Of a stretch of 32,000 nucleotides of DNA, positions 1 to 8,438 are shown piece after piece; the stretch's first letter is position 1, and each line of letters starts with the position of its first letter. The stretch is taken from NCBI RefSeq assembly GCF_000017305.1, contig NC_009664.2, positions 3,810,001 through 3,842,000 on the forward strand. The letters are read 5' to 3'. Origin of the DNA: Kineococcus radiotolerans SRS30216 = ATCC BAA-149. GTDB taxonomy: Bacteria > Actinomycetota > Actinomycetes > Actinomycetales > Kineococcaceae. The position numbers and the translations under genes are program-made. The notes beneath the pieces are model-generated. The model was not told the DNA's origin. It made no database searches and saw only the letters and a list, made by a program, of their open reading frames with translations.

Positions 1-1
1 G

Positions 2-853
2 ACGGTCGCCGGCAGCGCACCGGCGGGGTCGGCGGTGGCCCTGCTGTTCCTCACGTTCGCCGTCGTCCACGCGCTGCTGATGTCCTACGGCGCCGCGACG
101 ATCCGCGTCCCGGCCGAGGGCTGGGCCCCCGCCGGGTTCGACCCGGCCACGGTCAAGCGCCGGAGCATGGTCACCACGGCCAGCGTCTCGGCGCGCAACG
201 CCATCCGCACCCCGCAGTTCTACCTGCTGTGGATCGTGCTGTTCTGCAACGTGACCGCCGGCATCGGCATCCTCGAGCAGGCCTCCCCGATGATCCAGGA
301 CTTCTTCCGCGGCGACGACGGGGTCTCCACGGTGACGGTCGCCGCCGCCGGCGGTTTCGTGGGCCTGCTGTCCATGGCCAACATGGCCGGGCGCTTCGTG
401 TGGTCCTCGACCTCCGACGTCATCGGCCGCAAGCCGATCTACGTGGTGTACCTGGGCGTGGGGCTGGTGACGTACTTCCTCCTGGCCACGTTCGGGCAGG
501 TGAGCACCGCGCTGTTCGTCCTGTTCGCCGCGATCATCCTCTCCTTCTACGGCGGGGGCTTCGCGACCGTCCCGGCGTACCTGCGCGACCTGTTCGGCAC
601 GTTCCAGGTGGGCGCGATCCACGGCCGGCTGCTCACCGCCTGGTCGGCCGCGGGCATCGCCGGCCCGCTCATCGTCAACGGGTTCCTGGACGCCCAGGGC
701 GACCCGGGCAACCTCACGGCCGGCGCCTACCGCCCGGCCCTGCTGACGATGGTCGCCGTCCTGGCCGTCGGCTTCGTCGCCAACCTGCTGGTCCGCCCGG
801 TGGCGGAGCGGTTCCACGAACCCGCCCGCCCGGCAGAGGGGAGCGCCCGGTGA
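2..853 (+). CDS. MFS transporter, oxalate/formate antiporter (OFA)-like, C-terminal ~284 codons; the 5' end lies upstream of the window
   Basis: The frame is open from nt 2, so the listed start at 35 is internal. The sequence is continuously hydrophobic and multi-helix, with the MFS loop motif GRFVWSSTSDVIGRKP and OFA-like strings (QFYLLWIVLF, ILEQASPMIQ). Third positions are strongly G/C. Stop TGA 851-853. Confidence 0.8.
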   Translation, partial: TVAGSAPAGSAVALLFLTFAVVHALLMSYGAATIRVPAEGWAPAGFDPATVKRRSMVTTASVSARNAIRTPQFYLLWIVLFCNVTAGIGILEQASPMIQDFFRGDDGVSTVTVAAAGGFVGLLSMANMAGRFVWSSTSDVIGRKPIYVVYLGVGLVTYFLLATFGQVSTALFVLFAAIILSFYGGGFATVPAYLRDLFGTFQVGAIHGRLLTAWSAAGIAGPLIVNGFLDAQGDPGNLTAGAYRPALLTMVAVLAVGFVANLLVRPVAERFHEPARPAEGSAR

Positions 854-984
854 ACGCGCGCGCAGACGCACCGCGCGGGAACGCGCGCGGACGGCTCGTC
901 CTGGGGTGGTCCCTGGTGGGGATCCCGCTGGCCTACGGCGTCGTGGAGACGCTGGTGCGGGTGTCGCGGCTGTTCACCGGCTGA
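850..984 (+). CDS. small (44 aa) single-TM membrane protein, putative MFS transporter small subunit
   Basis: GTG 850 overlaps the transporter stop (GTGA). One hydrophobic helix (LVLGWSLVGIPLAYGVVETLV). Nearly all third positions are G/C. From memory, not searched, it resembles the small subunit often annotated after OFA transporters in actinobacteria. Confidence 0.55.
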   Translation: MNARADAPRGNARGRLVLGWSLVGIPLAYGVVETLVRVSRLFTG

Positions 985-1474
985 GCGCGGCGGACCTCGC
1001 CCCCGTGACCTCCACCAGGTCCGCGGGGGCGAGCTCCACCTGCAGCCCGCGCCGGCCCGCGCTGACGAGCACGGTCTCGAACCGGTGCGCCGACGCGTCG
1101 ACGAACGTGGGCAGCGGTGTCCGCTGGGCCAGCGGGCTGATGCCCCCGACGACGTAGCCGCTGCTGCGCTGGGCCCGCGCGGGGTCGGCCATCGCCGCCC
1201 GCTTCCCCCCGGCCGCGGCGGCCAGGGCCTTGAGGTCGAGCATCCCGGCGACGGGCACCACCGCGCACACCAGGCGCCCGTCGACGTCGGCGAGCAGCGT
1301 CTTGAACACCCGCTGGGCGTCGACGTCCAGCCCGGCGGCCCGCAGCGCCCGCACCGCCTCCTCGCCGAACCCGTCGTGGGCGGCGTGGTCGTAGGGGCGC
1401 GGGGTGTGCGCGACGCCGCGCTCGGTCAGCAGCCGCAGCGCCGGGGTCCCGGCGTCGGCGTTGCGGCGGGCCAC
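974..1474 (-). CDS. ybaK: Cys-tRNA(Pro)/Cys-tRNA(Cys) deacylase, YbaK/EbsC family
   Basis: 166 aa. The layout is typical of YbaK: N-terminal TPALRLLTERGVAHTPRPYDH, then FKTLL..D...V.AVVPV...LDLKALA, then GYVVGGISPL. GTG start at 1472-1474. Its 3' end overlaps the convergent small ORF by 11 nt. Confidence 0.8.
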   Translation of the reverse strand: MARRNADAGTPALRLLTERGVAHTPRPYDHAAHDGFGEEAVRALRAAGLDVDAQRVFKTLLADVDGRLVCAVVPVAGMLDLKALAAAAGGKRAAMADPARAQRSSGYVVGGISPLAQRTPLPTFVDASAHRFETVLVSAGRRGLQVELAPADLVEVTGARSAALSR

Positions 1475-1484
1475 CCTCGCCCGC

Positions 1485-2165
1485 TCAGTTGGGGTTGGCG
1501 GGCAGGTCGGGGAGCTCGGTGGCGGGCACGGCCCCGAAGGTCTCGACGAGGGCGATCTCCCGCTTGAGCACGGCCAGCTCCCCCCGCAGCCGGGTCGCGG
1601 TGTCCGGGGCCTCGAGCAGCTCCTGGCGCTGGTCCAGGGTCAGCACCATCGCGGCCGCGACGAGGTAGGACATGACGCGCGGGTCGTCGGGGGCCTCGGC
1701 CCCCCCGATGTCGAGGACGTCGCGGTACTCCTCGAACCGGCGCGCGACCGCCGCGGCCAGCACCTGCAGCCCGCCGTCGGCGTCGTCGTCCTCCTCGTCG
1801 TCCTCCCCGAAGGGCTCGACCAGACCGGTGAGGTAGGGCGTGCCCGCGGCCTCGTCGATGCCGACGACCTTGAACCGGCTCGCCCCGACGGTGACGATCT
1901 CGTAGCCGCCGTCCTCGGTCTCGGTGACCTCCCGCAGCAGCGCCACGCAGCCCACCTCGTGCAGCGCCTGGACGTTGCCCTCGCCGACCTCGTGGCCGGC
2001 CTTGATGGCCACGACGCCGAAGCCGCGCAGGGCGTCGTCGTCCTCCCCGGCGGCCACCAGGTCCTGCACCAGCAGGCGGTAGCGGGGCTCGAACACGTCG
2101 AGGGGCAGCACGAGACCGGGGAAGAGGACGCTGCCCAGGGGGAACAGCGGGAGGCGTTGCGGCAC
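1485..2165 (-). CDS. LON peptidase substrate-binding (Lon N-terminal, PUA-like) domain protein
   Basis: 226 aa. The N-terminus [29 protein letters not shown] is the hallmark of the Lon N-domain, and there is no ATPase or protease domain. It lies 10 nt upstream of ybaK on the same strand. GTG start. Confidence 0.8.
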   Translation of the reverse strand: MPQRLPLFPLGSVLFPGLVLPLDVFEPRYRLLVQDLVAAGEDDDALRGFGVVAIKAGHEVGEGNVQALHEVGCVALLREVTETEDGGYEIVTVGASRFKVVGIDEAAGTPYLTGLVEPFGEDDEEDDDADGGLQVLAAAVARRFEEYRDVLDIGGAEAPDDPRVMSYLVAAAMVLTLDQRQELLEAPDTATRLRGELAVLKREIALVETFGAVPATELPDLPANPN

Positions 2166-2177
2166 GCGCCCACCCTA
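2166..2177 (-). promoter_or_regulatory. -10 hexamer TAGGGT (complement of 2172-2177) 6 nt upstream of the GTG of the Lon-N-domain gene; leaderless-type start
   Basis: The minus strand reads TAGGGT-gggcgc-GTG, with no Shine-Dalgarno sequence. Confidence 0.4.
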
Positions 2178-2228
2178 CGGGCCCGGCCCGGGCGCGCCGC
2201 TGCGCACGCCGGGGCGTCCCGGCCTCCG

Positions 2229-2245
2229 TAGACTCCTCCACCGTG
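2229..2245 (+). promoter_or_regulatory. -10 hexamer TAGACT 8 nt upstream of the hisD GTG; leaderless or near-leaderless start
   Basis: CGTAGACTC-ctccac-CGTGAC. No room for an SD-containing leader. The same module occurs at priA. Confidence 0.45.
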
Positions 2246-3574
2246 ACGATCCTCGAGCTGCACCGCACCGACCTGCGGGGGAAGACCCTCGACGCCATGG
2301 CCCTGCGGTCGGTCCTGCCGCGCGCCGACGTCGACGTGGCCGCCGCCCTGGCCACGGTCGCACCGATCTGCGAGGACGTCCGCACCCGCGGCGTGCCGGC
2401 CCTGCTCGAGCTGACCGCGCGCTTCGACGGCGTGGGGATCACCGACGTGCGGGTGCCCGCGGAGCAGCTGCGCGCGGCCCTCGCCGACCTCGACCCGCAG
2501 GTGCGGGCCGCCCTGGAGGAGTCGATCCGGCGGGCCCGCCTGGTGCACGCCGACCAGCGCCGCAGCGACACCACGACGACCGTCGCCCCGGGCGGCACCG
2601 TGACCGAGCGCTGGGTCCCGGTCGCCCGCGTCGGCCTCTACGTCCCCGGCGGCCGGGCCGTGTACCCCTCCAGCGTCGTCATGAACGTCGTGCCGGCGCA
2701 GGTGGCGGGGGTGGCCTCGATCGCGGTCACCACCCCGGCGCAGCGGGAGTTCGGCGGCTCGGCGCACCCGACGATCCTGGCGGCGTGCGCGCTGCTGGGC
2801 GTCGAGGAGGTCTACACCGTCGGCGGGGCGCAGGCCATCGCCATGTTCGCCTACGGCGCCCGCGACGCCGACGGGACCGTCGTGGTCCGGCCCGTCGACG
2901 TCGTCACCGGCCCGGGCAACGTCTACGTCGCCTCGGCCAAGCGCTACGTCCAGGGCGTGGTGGGCATCGACTCCGAGGCCGGTCCCACCGAGATCGCGGT
3001 CCTCGCCGACGAGACCGCGGACCCGGTGCACGTCGCGGCCGACCTCGTGAGCCAGGCCGAGCACGACCCGCTGGCCGCCGCCGTCCTCGTGACGACCTCG
3101 GAGGCGCTCGCGGACGCCGTCGACGTCGAGCTGCAGCGCCGGGTCGCGGCCACCAAGCACGCCGGCCGCGTCGAGGAGGCGCTGCGGGGCCGGCAGTCGG
3201 GCACCGTCCTGGTCGACTCGGTGGAGGCCGGGCTGGCCGTCGTGGACGCCTACGGCGCCGAGCACCTGGAGATCCAGACCGCCGACGCCCGCGCGGTGGC
3301 CGCCCGGGTCCGCAGCGCCGGCGCGGTGTTCGTCGGCCCGCACTCGCCGGTGTCGCTGGGCGACTACTGCGCCGGGTCCAACCACGTCCTGCCCACGGGG
3401 GGGACGGCGGCGCACTCGGGGGGCCTGAGCGTGCAGACGTTCCTGCGCGGGGTCCACGTCGTGGACTACGACGAGGCGGCGCTGCGCGAGGTCGCCCCGC
3501 ACGTCGTGGCGCTGGCGGAGTCCGAGGACCTGCCCGCGCACGGCGAGGCCGTGACGGCGAGGTTCGGCGCGTGA
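2243..3574 (+). CDS. hisD: histidinol dehydrogenase
   Basis: 443 aa with HisD motifs by eye ([33 protein letters not shown]). GTG start. Confidence 0.95.
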   Translation: MTILELHRTDLRGKTLDAMALRSVLPRADVDVAAALATVAPICEDVRTRGVPALLELTARFDGVGITDVRVPAEQLRAALADLDPQVRAALEESIRRARLVHADQRRSDTTTTVAPGGTVTERWVPVARVGLYVPGGRAVYPSSVVMNVVPAQVAGVASIAVTTPAQREFGGSAHPTILAACALLGVEEVYTVGGAQAIAMFAYGARDADGTVVVRPVDVVTGPGNVYVASAKRYVQGVVGIDSEAGPTEIAVLADETADPVHVAADLVSQAEHDPLAAAVLVTTSEALADAVDVELQRRVAATKHAGRVEEALRGRQSGTVLVDSVEAGLAVVDAYGAEHLEIQTADARAVAARVRSAGAVFVGPHSPVSLGDYCAGSNHVLPTGGTAAHSGGLSVQTFLRGVHVVDYDEAALREVAPHVVALAESEDLPAHGEAVTARFGA

Positions 3575-4107
3575 GCGAGCAGGTGCCCGGCGGGGACCCG
3601 GACTTCGACTTCGACGCCGAGTTCGAGAAGGCGTTCGGCCCCAAGCCGCCGGTGCGTTCCGTCCTCGTGGTCCCGGTGGCCAACGCGAGGAAGCTCGCCG
3701 AGGTGTGCACCGCGGCGGGGGTCAACGCGTTCGTGGTGCCGGTGAAGGGCCTCGGGTGCGTCCTGGTCACCGAGGACCCGGCGACGGGGGAGGCGGACGC
3801 AGGGACGCTCTCGCGCCTGCTCCAGGGGGCCGAGGTCGTCCTGCTGACCGTGGGGGAGGACTCCATCGAAGGGCAGACCTGGGCGGGCGGCCGGCGCGGG
3901 GAGGACCCGCGCCCGGGTCTGCTGCTGTCGGTGTGGCCCGACGTGGTGCAGCAGCTGGTGCTGGGGCGCCTGGACCCCGCCGAGGCCGCCGGCGCGGCGG
4001 CCGGCGGGGATGGCAGCCGCATCGGCGCGTTCTGGAAGCTGTTCCGGAGCCGGAGCGAGGACGGGCCCACCGCCCCGGGGGCCGGCGACCCCGACGGGCC
4101 GCGCTGA
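3571..4107 (+). CDS. hypothetical protein (178 aa), translationally coupled to hisD
   Basis: GTG 3571 overlaps the hisD stop (GTGA). Third positions are almost all G/C throughout. Acidic N-terminus ([14 protein letters not shown]), a central alpha/beta-like core, and a disordered Gly/Ala/Pro tail containing the amphipathic segment [11 protein letters not shown] recognise no family. A strong hairpin follows the gene. Confidence 0.6.
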   Translation: MSEQVPGGDPDFDFDAEFEKAFGPKPPVRSVLVVPVANARKLAEVCTAAGVNAFVVPVKGLGCVLVTEDPATGEADAGTLSRLLQGAEVVLLTVGEDSIEGQTWAGGRRGEDPRPGLLLSVWPDVVQQLVLGRLDPAEAAGAAAGGDGSRIGAFWKLFRSRSEDGPTAPGAGDPDGPR

Positions 4108-4116
4108 CCCCACCGG

Positions 4117-4150
4117 CCCCCGCCGGGCGGCGACCGCTGCCCGGCGGGGG
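4117..4150 (+). terminator. GC-rich hairpin terminator after the hisD-coupled hypothetical gene
   Basis: CCCCCGCCGGGC (4117-4128) pairs perfectly with GCCCGGCGGGGG (4139-4150), extendable to about 15 bp with a 4-nt loop. It starts 10 nt after the stop and has no U-tract, as is common in actinobacteria. Confidence 0.6.
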
Positions 4151-4185
4151 GCTGCGAACGTTCTCAGATTGGTCCGCGGAGGACC

Positions 4186-4214
4186 TTCCCAGGACCACCG
4201 GCGTGTCCTAGCGT
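4186..4214 (+). promoter_or_regulatory. candidate promoter TTCCCA-17 nt-TAGCGT for the Gfo/Idh/MocA pair
   Basis: It is the only TANNNT hexamer in the 152-bp gap, and a TSS here would leave a ~40-nt leader carrying GGAGGA. Flanked by GGTCC/GGACC repeats at 4171-4208. Confidence 0.25.
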
Positions 4215-4259
4215 TTCCTCGTCCCGACTCGACGAAGCGTCTCCGGAGGACCTCCCCCC

Positions 4260-5258
4260 GTGCCCCACATGAACGTGGCCGTGCTCGGTTGCTGGCACGT
4301 CCACGCCAAGGACTACGCCCGCTCCGCCACCACCCACCCCGACACCACCCTGGTCGCCGCCTGGGACCACGACCCCGCCCTCGGCCGCGCGCTCGCCGAC
4401 GACTTCGGGATCGAGTTCACCGACGACCTCGACGCCCTGCTCGCCCGCGACGACGTGCACGCGGTGACCATCACCACCGAGACCACCGCCCACACCGAGG
4501 TCATCGCCAGGGCGCTCGCCGCCGGCAAGCACGTGTTCACCGAGAAGCTGCTCGCCCCCACGGTCGAGGAGTGCGAGCGCCTCCTCGACCAGGCCCGCGC
4601 GGCCGGGCTCGCCCTCGTGGTGTCGCTGCCGCGGCTCTCCCACGGCTACGCCCTCGCGGTGCGCGACGTCGTCGCCTCCGGCGAGCTGGGCCGGCTCACC
4701 TACGCCCGGGTGCGGCTCTCGCACGACGGCGGTGTGCACGGCGGCGAACCGGGCGCGGCGGGGGGCTGGCTGCCCGACCGCTTCTTCGACCCCGCCCCCA
4801 GCGTGGGCGGGGCGCTCACCGACCTCGGCTGCCACCCCGTCTACCTGACCCAGCTGTTCCTGGGCGAGGACCCCGCGGTCGTCCGCGCCGTCTACGGCCG
4901 CGTCACCGGGCGCGGGGTGGAGGACCACGCCGTGGTGTCCCTCGGGTACGCGGACGGCGCGATCGGCGTGGTCGAGGCCGGCTTCGTCAGCGACGACGCG
5001 TTCACCGTCGACGTGCACGGCACCGAGGGCAGCGTCCACTACACCGACGAGGGCGCGCGCCTGTGGCGACGCGGCCCCGACGGGAAGGTCGAGGACCTGC
5101 CCGTCCCCGCCGACGCTCCCGAACCGTTCGCGCAGTGGGTCTCGGCCGCCACCGGCGGCACCCCCACCTCCGGAGCGGTCACCGACAACCAGCGCCGGGC
5201 GGTCGAGCTGACCCGCCTCGTGGTGCGCTCCAACGAAGCAGCAGGAGGAAACGCGTGA
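4260..5258 (+). CDS. Gfo/Idh/MocA family oxidoreductase (atypical N-terminal dinucleotide-binding motif)
   Basis: 332 aa. N-terminal Rossmann-like region VAVLGCWHVHAKDY, then GKHVFTEKLLAP (EKP-type motif) and a C-terminal alpha/beta domain. GGAGGA lies 9 nt upstream of GTG 4260. Confidence 0.8.
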   Translation: MPHMNVAVLGCWHVHAKDYARSATTHPDTTLVAAWDHDPALGRALADDFGIEFTDDLDALLARDDVHAVTITTETTAHTEVIARALAAGKHVFTEKLLAPTVEECERLLDQARAAGLALVVSLPRLSHGYALAVRDVVASGELGRLTYARVRLSHDGGVHGGEPGAAGGWLPDRFFDPAPSVGGALTDLGCHPVYLTQLFLGEDPAVVRAVYGRVTGRGVEDHAVVSLGYADGAIGVVEAGFVSDDAFTVDVHGTEGSVHYTDEGARLWRRGPDGKVEDLPVPADAPEPFAQWVSAATGGTPTSGAVTDNQRRAVELTRLVVRSNEAAGGNA

Positions 5259-6268
5259 GCGACGTCGTCAAGGTCGGTCTCATCGGCGGGGGCGGGATCA
5301 CCCGCGCCCACGTCAAGGGGTACCGAGCGCACGCCGGGAAGATCGTCGTGACCGCGGTCGCCGACGTCGTCGAGGAGGCGGCGAACACCCGCGCCGCGGA
5401 ACTGTCCGCCCAGCCGTTCACCGACTACCGCGAGATGCTCCGCCGCGCCGACGTCGACGCCGTCGACATCTGCCTGCCCCACCACCTGCACGCCGACGCC
5501 ATCATCGCCGCGGCCGAGGCCGGCAAGCACGTCCTGTGCGAGAAGCCCTTGTGCCTCACCGCTGACGAGGCCCGCCGGGTGTCGGAGGCGGTGCGCACCA
5601 ACGGGATCACTCTGATGTGCGCGCACAACCAGCTGTTCTTCCCCTCGGTCGCCAAGGCCACCGAGATCCTCGGGTCCGGGCTGCTCGGCACCGTCTACGA
5701 GGTCCGCACCACCGACAGCTTCCACAACGACTTCGACCCCTCGAACATGGGCTGGCGCGCCTCGGCGAAGACCAGCGGAGGCGGGGAGCTCATCGACACC
5801 GGCTACCACCCGACGTACCTGCTGCTGCACCTGGCCTCCGCCCAGGCCCCCGCCCAGCCGGTCGAGGCGACGGCGTTCCTCTCGACCCACCGGCTGAAGT
5901 TCATGGAGGGCGAGGACTCCGCCCAGGTGCTGGTCCGGTTCGACAACGGCGTCGTCGGCCAGATGGTCACCAGCTGGGCCTACGACCCCGCCCCGGGCAC
6001 CGAGAAGTTCTCCGTCGTCGGGGAGCTCGGCTCCCTCACCGGGACGGAGCACTCGGTCACCTACCGGCTGCGCTCGGGCGAGGAGGAGACCTTCGAGTTC
6101 CCCGAGACCGACGCCTTCGTCGACGAGATCGGCGACTTCGCCGACTGCCTGCGCGAGGGCCGGCGCCCGATCCACACCGAGGTGGAGGGCATCGCGGTCC
6201 TCGGGGTCCTGCTCGCCGCGTACGAGGGCGCCCGCGCGGGCACCATCGCGAAGGTCATGACCATCTGA
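5255..6268 (+). CDS. Gfo/Idh/MocA family oxidoreductase
   Basis: 337 aa. GTG 5255 overlaps the upstream stop (GTGA), and AGGAGGA lies 5-6 nt upstream. Canonical VGLIGGGGITRAHV and GKHVLCEKPL motifs. Confidence 0.85.
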   Translation: MSDVVKVGLIGGGGITRAHVKGYRAHAGKIVVTAVADVVEEAANTRAAELSAQPFTDYREMLRRADVDAVDICLPHHLHADAIIAAAEAGKHVLCEKPLCLTADEARRVSEAVRTNGITLMCAHNQLFFPSVAKATEILGSGLLGTVYEVRTTDSFHNDFDPSNMGWRASAKTSGGGELIDTGYHPTYLLLHLASAQAPAQPVEATAFLSTHRLKFMEGEDSAQVLVRFDNGVVGQMVTSWAYDPAPGTEKFSVVGELGSLTGTEHSVTYRLRSGEEETFEFPETDAFVDEIGDFADCLREGRRPIHTEVEGIAVLGVLLAAYEGARAGTIAKVMTI

Positions 6269-6281
6269 CCCCTGCTCTAGG

Positions 6282-6325
6282 CGGTGACCTCCCGGGCGGT
6301 GACCGCCCGGGGGTCACCACCCGGG
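6282..6325. repeat. three tandem 14-15-nt units cGGTGACCtCCCGGG / cGGTGACCgCCCGGG / GGTCACCaCCCGGG
   Basis: Read directly from the sequence. The units fill the gap between two convergent stop codons, and the third unit carries the inverted core (GGTCACC). Confidence 0.8.
6291..6311. terminator. bidirectional hairpin between the convergent Gfo/Idh/MocA and lipoprotein genes
   Basis: CCCGGGCGG-tga-CCGCCCGGG, a perfect 9-bp stem embedded in the 15-nt tandem repeats at 6282-6325. Confidence 0.5.
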
Positions 6326-6326
6326 C

Positions 6327-6647
6327 TCAGCGGGTGACGCGGACGACGACCTCGGTGTCGCTCACGCTCTCGACCCCGACGGTCAGTCCGCCCACCTCGG
6401 TGGAGGTGCCGACGTCGAGGGAGACGTCCTGCCCCGCCACGGTGAGGTCCGCGGTGCCCCCGCTGACCCCGTCGAGGCGGGCCTCCACGCCGAGGACCGA
6501 CACCTCGGCGGAGCCCTCCCCGCGGGGAAAGGTGATCGTGCAGCCGTCGAGGGAGCAGTCGGTGCTCGACGCCGACCCCCCACCGCCCGACCCGCACGCG
6601 GCCAGGACGAGGGCGGCCAGGGGCAGGGCGAGGCGGCGGGGGTCCAC
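6327..6647 (-). CDS. small secreted lipoprotein (about 106 aa), function unknown
   Basis: Signal peptide with lipobox: [15 protein letters not shown] followed by GSGGGGS. The preferred start is GTG at 6645-6647, preceded by TACGGT and 6 nt. The longer ATG start at 6728 would overlap divergent hisC. Confidence 0.6.
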   Translation of the reverse strand: MDPRRLALPLAALVLAACGSGGGGSASSTDCSLDGCTITFPRGEGSAEVSVLGVEARLDGVSGGTADLTVAGQDVSLDVGTSTEVGGLTVGVESVSDTEVVVRVTR

Positions 6648-6659
6648 CCCTCCACCGTA
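6648..6659 (-). promoter_or_regulatory. -10 hexamer TACGGT (complement of 6654-6659) 6 nt upstream of the lipoprotein GTG
   Basis: The minus strand reads TACGGT-ggaggg-GTG. Confidence 0.4.
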
Positions 6660-6692
6660 GGCGGCGGGGGAGGAGCGGTCCCCCGGGTCTGG

Positions 6693-6708
6693 GAGACTGG
6701 CCCGCGTG
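6693..6708 (+). promoter_or_regulatory. degenerate -10 GAGACT 7 nt upstream of the hisC GTG
   Basis: GGGAGACTG-gcccg-CGTGACC, which aligns to the hisD/priA module. hisC must have its own promoter because the upstream gene is divergent. Confidence 0.3.
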
Positions 6709-7842
6709 ACCGACACGACCGACCGCACGGGCCCGGGGACGACCCTGGCCGACCTCCCGCTGCGCGAGGACCTGCGGGACGAGCACCCCTACGGCGCCCC
6801 GCAGCTGGACGTCCCCGTCGTGCTCAACGTCAACGAGAACCCCTACCCGGTCGCCCCGGGGATCGTGGCCGACATCGCCGCCGCCGTCGCGCACGCCGCG
6901 GCCGGCCTCAACCGCTACCCCGACCGGGAGTTCCTCGACCTGCGCGCCGACCTCGCGGCCTTCCTGCGCGTCGAGTCCGGCGCGGAGCTGGCCCCCGAGC
7001 AGGTCTGGGCCGCGAACGGGTCGAACGAGGTCATGCTGCACGTGCTGCAGGCCTTCGGGGGGCCGGGCCGGCGCGCGCTGAGCTTCGCGCCGACGTACTC
7101 GATGTACCCCGAGTACGCCCGCGACACCCAGACCACCTGGGTCGTCGGGCAGCGCACCGACGCCTTCACCGTCGACGTGGAGCACGCCCGGGCGATGGTC
7201 CGCGAGCACCGCCCCTCCGTCGTCCTGCTCGCCAGCCCCAACAACCCCACGGGCACGGCGCTGCCGCTGGCGACCGTCGAGGCCGTGCTCGACGAGTGCT
7301 CGCGGCTGTCCCAGGGCGCGGTCGTCGTCGTCGACGAGGCCTACGGGGAGTTCCGGCGCAGCGGGACCCCCAGCGCCCTGGAGCTGCTGCCCCGCCACGG
7401 CAACCTCGCCGTGAGCCGCACCATGAGCAAGGCGTTCTCGCTGGCCGGGGCCCGGGTGGGCTACCTCGCGGCCTCGACGGCGTTCGTGGACGCGTTGCGC
7501 ATCGTGCGCCTGCCCTACCACCTCTCGGCCGTGACCCAGGCCACCGCCCGCGCGGCGCTGCGGCACTCCGAGGAGCTGCTCTCCACGGTCGGCGAGCTCC
7601 GGACCCGCCGCGACGAGACCGTGCGGTGGTTGCGCGACGTCGGCTTCGAGGTCGCCGACTCCGACGCGAACTTCGTCCTCTTCGGGCGCTTCGCGGACCG
7701 CCACGCCGTCTGGCAGGGGCTGCTGGAGCGCGGCGTCCTCATCCGCGAGACCGGCCCGGCCGGCTGGTTGCGCGTCAGCATCGGCACGGCCGACGAGATG
7801 CAGCAGTTCCGAACCGCCCTCCAGGAAGTGGTGTCCCAGTGA
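6706..7842 (+). CDS. hisC: histidinol-phosphate aminotransferase
   Basis: 378 aa, class-II aminotransferase layout ([30 protein letters not shown] with the PLP lysine). GTG start. Confidence 0.95.
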   Translation: MTDTTDRTGPGTTLADLPLREDLRDEHPYGAPQLDVPVVLNVNENPYPVAPGIVADIAAAVAHAAAGLNRYPDREFLDLRADLAAFLRVESGAELAPEQVWAANGSNEVMLHVLQAFGGPGRRALSFAPTYSMYPEYARDTQTTWVVGQRTDAFTVDVEHARAMVREHRPSVVLLASPNNPTGTALPLATVEAVLDECSRLSQGAVVVVDEAYGEFRRSGTPSALELLPRHGNLAVSRTMSKAFSLAGARVGYLAASTAFVDALRIVRLPYHLSAVTQATARAALRHSEELLSTVGELRTRRDETVRWLRDVGFEVADSDANFVLFGRFADRHAVWQGLLERGVLIRETGPAGWLRVSIGTADEMQQFRTALQEVVSQ

Positions 7843-8438
7843 GCCGCACGGCGCGCATCGAGCGCAGCACCAGCGAGTCCAGCGTCCTCGTCGAGCTCGA
7901 CCTCGACGGCACGGGGAGGACGAGCATCGACACCACGGTGCCGTTCTACGACCACATGCTCACCGCGCTGGGCAAGCACTCGCTGATGGACCTCACGGTG
8001 GTCGCCAAGGGCGACACCCACATCGACGTCCACCACACCGTCGAGGACACCGCCATCGTGCTGGGGCAGGCGTTCCGCCAGGCCCTGGGCGACAAGGCCG
8101 GCATCCGCCGCTTCGCCGACGCCACCGTCCCACTCGACGAGGCCCTCGCCCACGTCGTCGTCGACGTCTCCGGCCGTCCCTACTGCGTGCACACCGGCGA
8201 ACCGGAGGGGCAGGAGTACCACCTCATCGGCGGCCACTTCACCGGGTCCCTGACCCGGCACCTGCTGGAGAGCTTCGCCTTCCACGCCCGGATCGCGCTG
8301 CACGTGCGCGTCCTCGCCGGCCGCGACCCGCACCACGTCGTGGAGGCGCAGTTCAAGGCGCTGGCCCGGGCGCTGCGCTACGCGGTGGAACCGGACCCGC
8401 GCGTCCAGGGGATCCCCTCCACGAAGGGTGCGCTGTGA
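7839..8438 (+). CDS. hisB: imidazoleglycerol-phosphate dehydratase
   Basis: 199 aa. GTG 7839 overlaps the hisC stop (GTGA). IGPD motifs present ([30 protein letters not shown]). Confidence 0.95.
   Translation: MSRTARIERSTSESSVLVELDLDGTGRTSIDTTVPFYDHMLTALGKHSLMDLTVVAKGDTHIDVHHTVEDTAIVLGQAFRQALGDKAGIRRFADATVPLDEALAHVVVDVSGRPYCVHTGEPEGQEYHLIGGHFTGSLTRHLLESFAFHARIALHVRVLAGRDPHHVVEAQFKALARALRYAVEPDPRVQGIPSTKGAL

Noticed and set aside
1640-3541. 633-aa ORF on the minus strand opposite hisD, with similar ORFs at 1426-2598 and 2904-4070
   Set aside because: The composition is Arg/Gly/Pro/Asp-rich with no recognisable domains. It lies antisense or off-frame to a gene with unambiguous homology. This is typical of stop-codon-poor alternative frames in very GC-rich DNA.
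4245-4255. GGAGGACCTCC palindrome as an SD-sequestering hairpin upstream of the first Gfo gene
   Set aside because: The two 5-nt arms are separated by a single nucleotide, too short for a hairpin loop, so it is probably coincidental.
4010-5254. N-terminal 415 codons of the 752-aa ORF 4010-6268
   Set aside because: Only the last 337 codons (from GTG 5255, with AGGAGGA upstream) are Gfo/Idh/MocA-like. The upstream part is Arg/Pro-rich and overlaps the real gene at 4260-5258 in another frame.
6282-6325. Possible CRISPR-like array
   Set aside because: There are only three directly abutting 14-15-nt units with no spacers and no cas genes. A terminator/REP-like element is the simpler reading.
6648-6728. 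ATG 6728 as the lipoprotein start
   Set aside because: It would overlap the divergent hisC start and add 27 residues before the signal peptide. GTG 6647 gives a normal n-region/h-region/lipobox and has a -10 hexamer 6 nt upstream.
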